Part shown: positions 7,203 through 14,807 of the stretch, one piece after another
Numbering within the stretch: the stretch's first letter is position 1
How the letters are laid out: the number at the start of each line of letters is the position of its first letter
NCBI GenBank assembly: GCA_964559275.1
Contig: CAZLGC010000013.1
Location: forward strand, 4,208-22,122
Origin: an uncultured Candidatus Saccharibacteria bacterium
GTDB lineage: Bacteria > Patescibacteriota > CALEFQ01
Length of the DNA stretch: 17,915 nt
Direction: 5' to 3'
Notes under the pieces: model-generated
Database searches by the model: none
What the model was told of the DNA's origin: nothing
Seen by the model: the letters and a program-made list of their open reading frames with translations, nothing else
Program-made: the position numbers and the translations under genes

Positions 7203-7280
7203 GCATCAAATCACGAATTCCAAATAAGGACCAGTTGATCTGATTGCCAATCTCATAAACACGCGGATTTGATTAAGCTG

Positions 7281-8051
7281 ATGGATTTAGATTTCACAAC
7301 CGATCGGGGAGAAAAACTTCGTGGCATCGTAGAGCTGCCAGCCACCGGAAATCCACCTTGGCCAACCGTGATTTTTTGCCATGGGTTCTTGTCAAATAAA
7401 AACAGTTCTTGTATTCCGAGTTTTAGCAATCACCTGGCTGCTGCCGGCTACGCTGTTTATCGATATGATCTACCCGGACACGGTGAATCAGGGGGAGACA
7501 AAGCGGAAGTGACTCTGCCCCGCAATTTACAGGACGTCTCAAAGGTAATAGATATTTTGAGTGCGCGGCCGGAGATGGATTCGGGGCGGATTGCTATCAC
7601 TGGTCACAGCTTTGGGGGTATGACAGCTCTGCTGTCGCCCACAGTTGACCAGCGCATAAAAACAGCAGTTAGTGTTAGCGGTGCCCTGAACTTTCGAGCT
7701 GTGGTAGATCATCTATTGGGATGCGGAAAGATGGAATGGCGGGGGGAGCATCTCTATTTTAGTGTTCTCAAGGGTCTGGCCAAACAGCGTTGTCACCAGA
7801 TACTTTACGAGTATAGTCAAAAATTCGATGTCAGGGATGAAGCTGTCAAGATAAAGATACCGGTATTGCTGATTCACGGAACCAAGGATAAGACAATTCC
7901 CTTAGCTTTGGCCCGGGAGTCTTACGAAGTCCTGCCTGGAAACGATAAAAAAATGGTTGAAATCTCTGGTGCCGGTCATATGTTTCTAAAACCCTGGCAC
8001 CAGAAAAAGATAATCAGCGAAACTAAAAATTGGCTAGCCGCAAATTTATGA
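7281..8051 (+). CDS. Alpha/beta-fold serine hydrolase
   Basis: Nucleophile elbow GHSFGG. Asp in LLIHGTKDKTIP. His in GAGHMF near the C-terminus. Oxyanion-hole HGF near the N-terminus (VIFCHGFLS). The ORF track begins at a TTG at 7269; the ATG at 7281 (MDLDF...) is preferred. The TGA stop overlaps the next ATG as ATGA. Confidence 0.75.
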   Translation: MDLDFTTDRGEKLRGIVELPATGNPPWPTVIFCHGFLSNKNSSCIPSFSNHLAAAGYAVYRYDLPGHGESGGDKAEVTLPRNLQDVSKVIDILSARPEMDSGRIAITGHSFGGMTALLSPTVDQRIKTAVSVSGALNFRAVVDHLLGCGKMEWRGEHLYFSVLKGLAKQRCHQILYEYSQKFDVRDEAVKIKIPVLLIHGTKDKTIPLALARESYEVLPGNDKKMVEISGAGHMFLKPWHQKKIISETKNWLAANL

Positions 8052-8590
8052 AAACAGAGTTTGAAGTCAGGATTTTGGATATCGATCCGGGACAAATCAA
8101 AAGAAAATTGGATGAAATAGACGCCATTCATCACGGTGATTTTCATATGCAAAGGTGTGTGTATAATATTCCCGGAAAAGAGGGGCACACTTGGATTCGC
8201 CTGCGTCATGACGGCATCAAGTCAACCCTGGCTTATAAGGAGAGAAAAGACGATGGTGTTAAAGGGGTCAGTGAGGCGGAAGTACGAGTTGATTCCTTTA
8301 ATAAAGCCAAGCAGATATTAGATAACATGAATTTGAAATTTGTCGCTTGGCAAGAGAACAAACGGGAGCAGTACCAGCTGGGGGAGATAGAATTTTCGAT
8401 TGACTACTGGCCGCTGCTGCCGCCCCATGTTGAAGTAGAAGGCCCGGATGAAGCGGCCGTCAAAAAAGGTGTGGAACTTCTGGGTTACACTATGGATCAA
8501 ACTACCACCAAGACCAAGCTAGAGCTTTACAAAGACAAAGGGATTGACCAGCATAAATATAAAAAATTAACTTTTGATGTCCAGGAATAA
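8048..8590 (+). CDS. CYTH-domain protein (triphosphate tunnel metalloenzyme / class IV adenylate cyclase-like)
   Basis: Start MKTEFEVRILDID resembles the N-terminal E-x-E-x-K/R beta-strand signature of CYTH domains. ~180-aa size is typical. Start overlaps the upstream stop (ATGA). The assignment rests on a short motif and is moderate. Confidence 0.55.
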   Translation: MKTEFEVRILDIDPGQIKRKLDEIDAIHHGDFHMQRCVYNIPGKEGHTWIRLRHDGIKSTLAYKERKDDGVKGVSEAEVRVDSFNKAKQILDNMNLKFVAWQENKREQYQLGEIEFSIDYWPLLPPHVEVEGPDEAAVKKGVELLGYTMDQTTTKTKLELYKDKGIDQHKYKKLTFDVQE

Positions 8591-9662
8591 GAAAGTTTTG
8601 GTAGCCATGTCCGGTGGCGTCGATAGCTCCGTAGCAGCGGCGCTGCTTTTGGAAAAAGGGTATGAAGTCGAAGGTATTTTTATGAAATTCTGGCAGCCGG
8701 GGATCGTTTCACCTTTACAGAAGAACAACGGTGAAAACGTCTGTTGTTCCCGGGAAAGCTGGCGCCAGGCTAAGAAAGTAGCCCGTAAACTCGGTTTCAA
8801 AATTAAGGCGGTAGATTTGTCCGCTCAGTTCAAACAACAAGTCGTTGATGAATTCCTGGGCTGGCAACGGCTGGGGTTGACGCCCAATCCCTGCATTGTC
8901 TGCAATCAAAAAATAAAATTCGGTGAATTGATGAAGCTGGCAGACCAAGCCGGAGCTGACCTGGTTGCCACCGGCCATTATGCCAGGGTAATAAATGATT
9001 CCGGAAAACTCGAGTTACGCAGGGGAAAAGATAAAAAGAAGGATCAATCGTATTTCCTATATAAATTGACCTCAGCGCAACTGGCACGGGTTGTTTTCCC
9101 GGTCGGAGAGATTCGCAAGGACGAAGTCAGATCCAGGGCCAGAAGTCTGGATTTACCGGTTGCCGATCAGAAAGAGAGCCAGGAAGTTTGTTTTATCCCC
9201 GATAATAATCAGGTCGCTTTTCTGACAAAATTTTTACGCTCAGAAATGAAGCCTGGGGATATAGTTACTACCACCGGAAAAGTTATCGGCAAACACGTGG
9301 GCTTACCGGCCTATACGATCGGGCAGCGTCGCGGAATCAAAATCGGCGGCATTGGCCCTTTCTACGTGGTGCGCAAGGATTTCGGGCAAAACAAATTGGT
9401 CGTGACCAAGGATGAGCAGAATTTAATGAGTCGAAAGCTGACTCTCTTGGATACTCACTGGATTGGTGAGGCACCGTCTTTACCAGTGAGTTGCCAAACG
9501 CAAATCAGGTATCGCTCACCGGCAACAGAGGCAGTTGTGCAGCGGGAGAAAGACGAAATTGTAGTCAAGCTAAAATCGGCTCAGCGGGCCATTACACCGG
9601 GGCAAGCGGCCGTTTTCTACGACGATGACAGGGTTCTAGGCGGCGGGGTCATCCGTAAATAA
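8577..9662 (+). CDS. mnmA: tRNA-specific 2-thiouridylase MnmA (tRNA U34 2-thiolation)
   Basis: MSRNKKVLVAMSGGVDSSVAAALL PP-loop. EGIFMKFW, TPNPCIVCNQKIKFG, ATGHYAR, DQSYFLY, and C-terminal PGQAAVFYDDDRVLGGGVI all match MnmA/TrmU along the full length. The start overlaps the CYTH gene by 14 nt. Confidence 0.9.
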   Translation: MSRNKKVLVAMSGGVDSSVAAALLLEKGYEVEGIFMKFWQPGIVSPLQKNNGENVCCSRESWRQAKKVARKLGFKIKAVDLSAQFKQQVVDEFLGWQRLGLTPNPCIVCNQKIKFGELMKLADQAGADLVATGHYARVINDSGKLELRRGKDKKKDQSYFLYKLTSAQLARVVFPVGEIRKDEVRSRARSLDLPVADQKESQEVCFIPDNNQVAFLTKFLRSEMKPGDIVTTTGKVIGKHVGLPAYTIGQRRGIKIGGIGPFYVVRKDFGQNKLVVTKDEQNLMSRKLTLLDTHWIGEAPSLPVSCQTQIRYRSPATEAVVQREKDEIVVKLKSAQRAITPGQAAVFYDDDRVLGGGVIRK

Positions 9663-9666
9663 AAAT

Positions 9667-9813
9667 ATGATTTGGCATTCAATTAGCATTCTACTTATGA
9701 TTCTCGGCTTCGGCTTGGTTTTTTTGTGGTTGGATAAGATTAAGAAGAAGCGGGTTTTGTTTTTGGGTTTGTCTCTGGTTCTTCTGGCAATTATTCTGTT
9801 TGAAGCAATTTGA
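9667..9813 (+). CDS. Possible 48-aa two-helix membrane peptide
   Basis: MIWHSISILLMILGFGLVFLWLDKIKKKRVLFLGLSLVLLAIILFEAI. Two hydrophobic helices separated by a KIKKKR loop. The ATG lies 4 nt after the mnmA stop. Not in the ORF track, which omits ORFs under 60 aa. Confidence 0.3.
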   Translation: MIWHSISILLMILGFGLVFLWLDKIKKKRVLFLGLSLVLLAIILFEAI

Positions 9814-9838
9814 GGTAAATAGCCAATTGCGTTATAAT
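9810..9838 (+). promoter_or_regulatory. Sigma70-type promoter for the coiled-coil / alaS operon
   Basis: TTGAGG (9810-9815), a 17-nt spacer, TATAAT (9833-9838). It lies 24 nt upstream of the ATG at 9862. Confidence 0.45.
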
Positions 9839-9861
9839 AAAAAGGAAATAATCTCAAAAAT

Positions 9862-10194
9862 ATGAATAAATACGACAATTACGGAAAACCGGAATTGGAG
9901 CAGTTGGTGGCTAAAATGGAGGACGAACTAAAGGATCTCCAGAAGGAATTTGCCAAATTTCAGGAAAGTGAGCGGGCGGAAGTTGTTAAACTGGAATTGG
10001 AAAAGTCAAAGACACCAGCCTCAGATCCGGAGTACAATGCCAGGAATGAAGCCTGGCTAAACCGTCGACAGCAGTCGGAATTGGCGATCCAACAGATGCA
10101 GCAAAAGTTGCAGGGTTTGGAGCAGGAGTATCGCTATGCCAAAGAAGCCCTGGATAGAAAGATTGCCGCCGAAGAAGAGGCTCAAAAACAGTAA
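9862..10194 (+). CDS. Coiled-coil protein 1 (110 aa, E/K/Q-rich)
   Basis: No TM and no catalytic motif. Heptad-like E/K/L/Q composition throughout. First of four consecutive coiled-coil ORFs. Confidence 0.55.
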   Translation: MNKYDNYGKPELEQLVAKMEDELKDLQKEFAKFQESERAEVVKLELEKSKTPASDPEYNARNEAWLNRRQQSELAIQQMQQKLQGLEQEYRYAKEALDRKIAAEEEAQKQ

Positions 10195-10200
10195 AGGTTT

Positions 10201-11133
10201 ATGAGTGAGGTCGAGACCGAGATGGCAAAAATGAAAAGCCTGCTTGATCAGGCTGACAAGAGCCTGCGCAGCATTGATGCGGCGGAGGATAATTTTGAGT
10301 TAAAAAGCACCGAGAAAAAAATTGAGGATAAGAAAGCTGAACTGGAAAATAAGGAAAGAAAAATCGGGGCCGGTCCGTCCGACGAGGAATCTAGCGGTCA
10401 GGATATTAATCGTCTAGAATCGAAGCAGAGTGAACAAGAAGCGGAGATAAATCGTTTACAGAGCCAGATCACGGAGTTACAGGATAAGATGGTGGAAGAC
10501 AGAACTGAGCTTACGACCAAGCAAAATGATCTGCGTGGTGAAGTTCAGAAGCTCAATACTGATGAGTCCCGTTTGGTGTCGCGGCGGCAGGCAGCCGAGA
10601 CGGCGCTGCGGCAAGCGGAAAGCGAAATAAAGTCACTCGCGCGGGAACAAGACGTGGCCGAGCGGGCAGAAAGAGCCGTACAGTCTCAGGAAAAACGGAA
10701 AGAAGAAGGGGCGGCTCTGGAAAAGAGGGTTAAGCACGAGCGTGAATTGCGGGAAGGGGCGGAAAAGAAATTACAAGAGGCGGAAAAAGCTCGCAAGGAA
10801 CTTGAGAAGAAGGCAGCGCAAAGATTGGAGGAGGCAGAAAAGGCAGCTAAAAAAGCTGATTCGTCAAAGTCCGCAGGTCAGCCAGCGGGTGAAAAAAAGG
10901 AAATGAAGCCACCTGGTTCGAAAAAGACTGCGGATGAGAAAACGTTACGTAAACGGCGCGCTCGGGGCCGCAAGAGGCTGGAGTCGCTGCAGGCAGAAGC
11001 TCACGCTGGTAGTCGGGGTAAATCCAATAAAGATCGCCGTTTGCAGCTGGAGAGCAAAAAGCAGCGCAGTGGCCTGGAGGATGACGAAAAAAAAGAGCTG
11101 GCCAAATTGAAACAGAAGAAGAAATCAAAATAA
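10201..11133 (+). CDS. Coiled-coil protein 2 (310 aa) with a basic C-terminal tail
   Basis: Long E/K/R/Q/A-rich helical composition. C-terminal ~90 aa are strongly basic (RKRRARGRKR...KLKQKKKSK). Starts 6 nt after the previous stop. Confidence 0.6.
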   Translation: MSEVETEMAKMKSLLDQADKSLRSIDAAEDNFELKSTEKKIEDKKAELENKERKIGAGPSDEESSGQDINRLESKQSEQEAEINRLQSQITELQDKMVEDRTELTTKQNDLRGEVQKLNTDESRLVSRRQAAETALRQAESEIKSLAREQDVAERAERAVQSQEKRKEEGAALEKRVKHERELREGAEKKLQEAEKARKELEKKAAQRLEEAEKAAKKADSSKSAGQPAGEKKEMKPPGSKKTADEKTLRKRRARGRKRLESLQAEAHAGSRGKSNKDRRLQLESKKQRSGLEDDEKKELAKLKQKKKSK

Positions 11134-11134
11134 T

Positions 11135-11851
11135 ATGGTGGCCGAAGATAACACCCGGAAAATTGAAGAACTTGAGCGAACTATCGAAACCAAGGAACAA
11201 GAGATTTCGACTATTGATGATGATTTAGAAAAAAATCGGCAGGAGCAGCGGGAAACCGAGCGGGAACTGCGAGAGGTGACTTCGGAAATTTCCGGCGCTA
11301 GTCAGCAGACCAAAGGGGATGTCGGCAGGCTGGAAACAGAATTAGAACGAGTTAAGGGGGAGCTGGATCGGACCAAGACCGATGTTTTCCAGGCCAAATC
11401 AGAAAAAGGCGGCGCCTATGAAGCTCGGAGCATGGATGAGGCGGAGGTTCTGTCACTGCGTAAAGAGGTTAACGCGCTGGAAGATAAGTTGAAAATGCTG
11501 GAGAACAAAGCCCGAGCTGTTTCTGCTGAAGATAAGAAAAAGTTGGCGGATGTCGAGGCGATTATTGAAAAGATGGAAAAAATAAAGGGCAATTTGCGCG
11601 CCTTGGAGATTAAGCAAAGAGGAGTTATTAGGATGGAAGAAATGAAGATGGAGCAGCAAGTGGATGAGCATCAGCGTAGCGACGACAAGCAGGATAAGAC
11701 TCGTATTGACCGCTCCAAACTAAATTTGACGACTCCTAAAAAAAGAGAAGCCGAGGGCGATATTGCGTATTTGAGGCGGGAAATGCCGGCGGTTGAAGAG
11801 GAGTTTGGTAAAATTAGAAGGACTTTTGACGATTTAGAAGAAGCTGCCTAA
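11135..11851 (+). CDS. Coiled-coil protein 3 (238 aa)
   Basis: E/K/R-rich heptad-like composition. Starts 1 nt after the previous stop. Confidence 0.6.
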   Translation: MVAEDNTRKIEELERTIETKEQEISTIDDDLEKNRQEQRETERELREVTSEISGASQQTKGDVGRLETELERVKGELDRTKTDVFQAKSEKGGAYEARSMDEAEVLSLRKEVNALEDKLKMLENKARAVSAEDKKKLADVEAIIEKMEKIKGNLRALEIKQRGVIRMEEMKMEQQVDEHQRSDDKQDKTRIDRSKLNLTTPKKREAEGDIAYLRREMPAVEEEFGKIRRTFDDLEEAA

Positions 11852-11855
11852 GCTT

Positions 11856-12431
11856 ATGGCTAATTCCAAAAAATCTGATATCAGCTCTGCCGAGCTTGAT
11901 AGTCTGGATCGCCAGGTTAAACAACTGCGCGATCGTTTGACAGACGCTGATAAGCTACTAGAGAAAATAGATATAGCGGAAGATACTAAAAGAGAGCTTG
12001 AAACCCAAGCTAGCCTGAAAACACAAGCCGCTGCAGAGCTGGGTGAATATTCTCCCGAGGCCAAAGCTCGTTTGGAAAAAGAGCTGGAAAGCCTACATCG
12101 TGATTTGGATGATGTTGACAAAGAGCTTAAGTTTTTGCCGGGAGACAAAGAGGCTATTAAAGGTCGGCGCGAGGTCTTGCAAAACGAGTTGGCGGCTCAC
12201 GAGCGCCGCTGGCGAGATTTACAGGAAAAATTGGAGATGGCCCTGGAGCGCAAGCGCAAGGCTGAGGAAGAAGCCAAGGCCGAGGAAGAAGCTAAGGCCG
12301 AGGAAGCCGAGCGCCAGCAGGAGATTGCTGATAAGGAAAAGGCGCTGCAGAATAAGCTGGATATAAGCCGGGGAAAGGGTGAGACGCCGCTGCCACCGCC
12401 AACTGATCAAACTCCACCGGCTAGTACCTAA
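11856..12431 (+). CDS. Coiled-coil protein 4 (191 aa) with a KAEEEA repeat and a Pro-rich C-terminus
   Basis: Coiled-coil composition. (KAEEEA)x3 tandem repeat. C-terminal PLPPPTDQTPPAST. Starts 4 nt after the previous stop and ends 5 nt before alaS. Confidence 0.6.
   Translation: MANSKKSDISSAELDSLDRQVKQLRDRLTDADKLLEKIDIAEDTKRELETQASLKTQAAAELGEYSPEAKARLEKELESLHRDLDDVDKELKFLPGDKEAIKGRREVLQNELAAHERRWRDLQEKLEMALERKRKAEEEAKAEEEAKAEEAERQQEIADKEKALQNKLDISRGKGETPLPPPTDQTPPAST
12258..12311 (+). repeat. Imperfect 18-bp tandem repeat x3 encoding KAEEEA-KAEEEA-KAEEAE
   Basis: AAGGCTGAGGAAGAAGCC / AAGGCCGAGGAAGAAGCT / AAGGCCGAGGAAGCCGAG, head to tail and in frame, within coiled-coil protein 4. Confidence 0.75.
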
Positions 12432-12436
12432 TTCAT

Positions 12437-14764
12437 ATGGACGCTAAAGAACTTCGTCACAAGTTCATATCTTTTTTTGAAGCCAAAGAACATAAGGTTA
12501 TTCCGTCAGCTTCACTGATCCCGGAGAATGATCCTTCGGTGCTTTTTACTACTGCTGGTATGCATCCGCTGGTTCCCTATCTCGGCGGAGAAACACATCC
12601 TGAGGGTAAACGCCTGGTTGACGTACAGAAATGCATCCGGGTTGATGACATTGATGAAGTGGGTGACACTTCTCACAATACTTTTTTTGAGATGCTTGGC
12701 AATTGGTCACTGGGCGACTATTTCAAGACTGAGGCAGTGAGCTGGAGTTATGATTTTTTGACTAACAAAAAATGGTTGGGGCTTGATCCTGGCCGTTTGT
12801 CTGTTACCTGTTTTGCTGGTGATAGTGACGCGCCTCGAGACGAAGAATCAGCCAAGCTTTGGGAGAAGGCCGGTATTCCACAGGAACGGATACACTTTTT
12901 GCCCAAATCGGAAAACTGGTGGGGTCTGGCCGGAGGGGGACCATGTGGCCCGGACACGGAAATATTTTATGACACTGATCCGGAAGGTCCCGGTTGTTGT
13001 GAGCATTGTCATCCAGGCTGCGACTGTGGCAAATATGTTGAGATTTGGAACAACGTATTCATGCAATACGACAAGCAGGCCACCGGCACCGAGGTTATGT
13101 GGCTCCGGCACGGGGAGACAGATTGGAACATCGAAAAGAAAATACAGGGCGACCTGGAGACGCAGCTAAACGAAACTGGGCGTCAGCAAGCGGCCAAGGC
13201 TAAGCAGGAAGTGAGAGATTTTTCCCCGGATATAGTATTGACTTCACCCCTAGAGCGGGCTCAGCAAACAGCGGAAATAGTCGCCCCGGAATCGGCAAAA
13301 ATTATAGCGGAGCCGCTGGCTGTTGAACGTGACATGGGTGAGCTGGAAGGAATGACGCAGCAGGAGCTGATGGACAGCTGTCCATCGGATATGTTTATAA
13401 AACGAGGTGAAATTTATTATTGCGTTACGCCGCCGGGTGGCGAGAGCCTAAATGAAGCTAAGAGTCGAACAGAGAAATTGCTTAAGAAAGTTTTGCAGGA
13501 ATACCGTGGTAAAAAAGTCCTGATCGTGTCTCATGGGGACATTATAGATATGGCGCTGGCTTGCGAGCGGGGGGTTGACCCGGAAGAGACGATCGGCACT
13601 CATGCCGAGAATCTAGCAACAACTTCCTTTGAACTTTATGATTATCTGCCGTTGAAACAGAAGAATGTCGACACCGGCATGGGCCTGGAGCGGACACTAG
13701 CGGTCATTAATAATTTAGATGATGTATACCGCACCGAACTTTTTTGGCCGCTTTTGCAGGCACTGGAAAGGCTGAGTCATAAAAAATACGGGGTGGATAA
13801 GCGAGATGATTTTGCTTTCCGGGTGATTGCAGATCATATTCGAGCAGCTACATTTATTCTGGCTGACTCGGCCCAGGTTGTTCCCTCTAATGTTGAACAA
13901 GGATACATATTGCGCCGGCTAATCCGCCGTGCGGTGCGGTTTGCCAAAAAGCTGGGAGTAGAACCGGAATTCAGTCTGGGCAAGGATTTAGCTAATGTGG
14001 TTATCAGCCAATACAGTGATACTTATCCGGAGCTGTCCGAGCATAAAGAACGAGTCATTACCGAAATAAGCAAGGAGGAAAACAAATTTGAAAAAACTCT
14101 GACCAGGGGTCTGCGCCAGTTTCAGAAAATGAAGGGGAAGGGAGTTTCCGGTAAGGAAGCCTTTGACCTTTTCCAGACTTACGGTTTTCCGATTGAAATG
14201 ACAGCGGAATTGGCTGAGGAAATGGGGGCCACGATTGATCGCCAGGAATTTGATCGGCATTTTGCTAAACACCAGGAACTCTCCCGGCAAGGTGCGACCA
14301 AAAAATTCAAAGGCGGATTAGGGGATACAACTGGCAAGACAGTTAGCTTGCACACTGCTACCCATCTCCTGCTGGCCTCATTGCGCCAGGTACTGGGCAA
14401 CCATGTTTATCAGAAAGGTAGTAATATTACTCCAGACAGGCTGAGGTTTGATTTTTCTCATTCGCAAAAACTGACTGACGATGAGAAGAAGGCGGTCGAA
14501 GACTTGGTTAATGAAAAAATCCAGGCTGACCTGTCGATAAAAACAGAAACTATGACCGTTGACGAGGCGAAGAAGCAGGGGGCAATCGGGGTTTTTGGTG
14601 AGAAATACGGAGACAAAGTCAAGGTCTATTCTGTCGGCGGTTTTTCCAAGGAAATCTGTGGTGGTCCGCATGTTGAGCGGACTGGTGAGATGGGTCACTT
14701 CCGCATCAAAAAAGAGCAGTCCTCCGGCGCCGGAGTTAGGCGCATTAAGGCGGTACTTGAATAA
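12437..14764 (+). CDS. alaS: Alanyl-tRNA synthetase, compact form without the C-Ala domain, carrying an inserted histidine-phosphatase-superfamily domain
   Basis: AlaS class II motifs FTTAGMHPLVPYLGG, FEMLGNWSLGDYFK, GGPCGPDTEIFYD, VEIWNNVFMQY, DTGMGLERTLAVI. Editing-domain zinc motifs HTATHLL and CGGPHV. Between FMQYDKQ and LPLKQKNVDTGMGLER sit ~185 aa with LRHGETDWN...GESL...VLIVSHGDIID (phosphoglycerate-mutase-like RHG / SHG histidine phosphatase signature). The protein ends shortly after the editing domain. Confidence 0.9.
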   Translation: MDAKELRHKFISFFEAKEHKVIPSASLIPENDPSVLFTTAGMHPLVPYLGGETHPEGKRLVDVQKCIRVDDIDEVGDTSHNTFFEMLGNWSLGDYFKTEAVSWSYDFLTNKKWLGLDPGRLSVTCFAGDSDAPRDEESAKLWEKAGIPQERIHFLPKSENWWGLAGGGPCGPDTEIFYDTDPEGPGCCEHCHPGCDCGKYVEIWNNVFMQYDKQATGTEVMWLRHGETDWNIEKKIQGDLETQLNETGRQQAAKAKQEVRDFSPDIVLTSPLERAQQTAEIVAPESAKIIAEPLAVERDMGELEGMTQQELMDSCPSDMFIKRGEIYYCVTPPGGESLNEAKSRTEKLLKKVLQEYRGKKVLIVSHGDIIDMALACERGVDPEETIGTHAENLATTSFELYDYLPLKQKNVDTGMGLERTLAVINNLDDVYRTELFWPLLQALERLSHKKYGVDKRDDFAFRVIADHIRAATFILADSAQVVPSNVEQGYILRRLIRRAVRFAKKLGVEPEFSLGKDLANVVISQYSDTYPELSEHKERVITEISKEENKFEKTLTRGLRQFQKMKGKGVSGKEAFDLFQTYGFPIEMTAELAEEMGATIDRQEFDRHFAKHQELSRQGATKKFKGGLGDTTGKTVSLHTATHLLLASLRQVLGNHVYQKGSNITPDRLRFDFSHSQKLTDDEKKAVEDLVNEKIQADLSIKTETMTVDEAKKQGAIGVFGEKYGDKVKVYSVGGFSKEICGGPHVERTGEMGHFRIKKEQSSGAGVRRIKAVLE

Positions 14765-14775
14765 TCCCTAGGTAA

Positions 14776-14784
14776 TGTTATAAT
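14776..14784 (+). promoter_or_regulatory. Extended -10 promoter (TGtTATAAT) for the PHP gene
   Basis: TG at 14776-14777 and TATAAT at 14779-14784, 23 nt before the ATG at 14808. No clear -35. Confidence 0.4.
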
Positions 14785-14807
14785 GTCTTTCCTTAAAGTT
14801 GTAAGTT

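Noticed and set aside
7269-7280. TTG start at 7269 for the hydrolase, and the ORF-track starts at 8030 and 8574 for the next two genes
   Set aside because: In each case a downstream ATG gives an N-terminus matching family conventions (MKTEFEV for CYTH, MSRNKKVLVAMSGG for MnmA) and classic ATGA coupling. The track starts are simply the first in-frame alternative start codons.
9636-9878. 80-aa ORF on the - strand in the mnmA / coiled-coil intergenic region
   Set aside because: It overlaps the better-supported + strand 48-aa membrane peptide and the promoter for the coiled-coil operon. Its translation is low complexity with no signals.
13094-13646. Intein as the explanation for the extra ~185 aa inside AlaS
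   Set aside because: The insert has no intein block A Cys/Ser at its N-terminal junction and no terminal His-Asn followed by Cys/Ser/Thr. It instead carries the RHG...SHG catalytic signature of histidine phosphatases, so it is a domain insertion.
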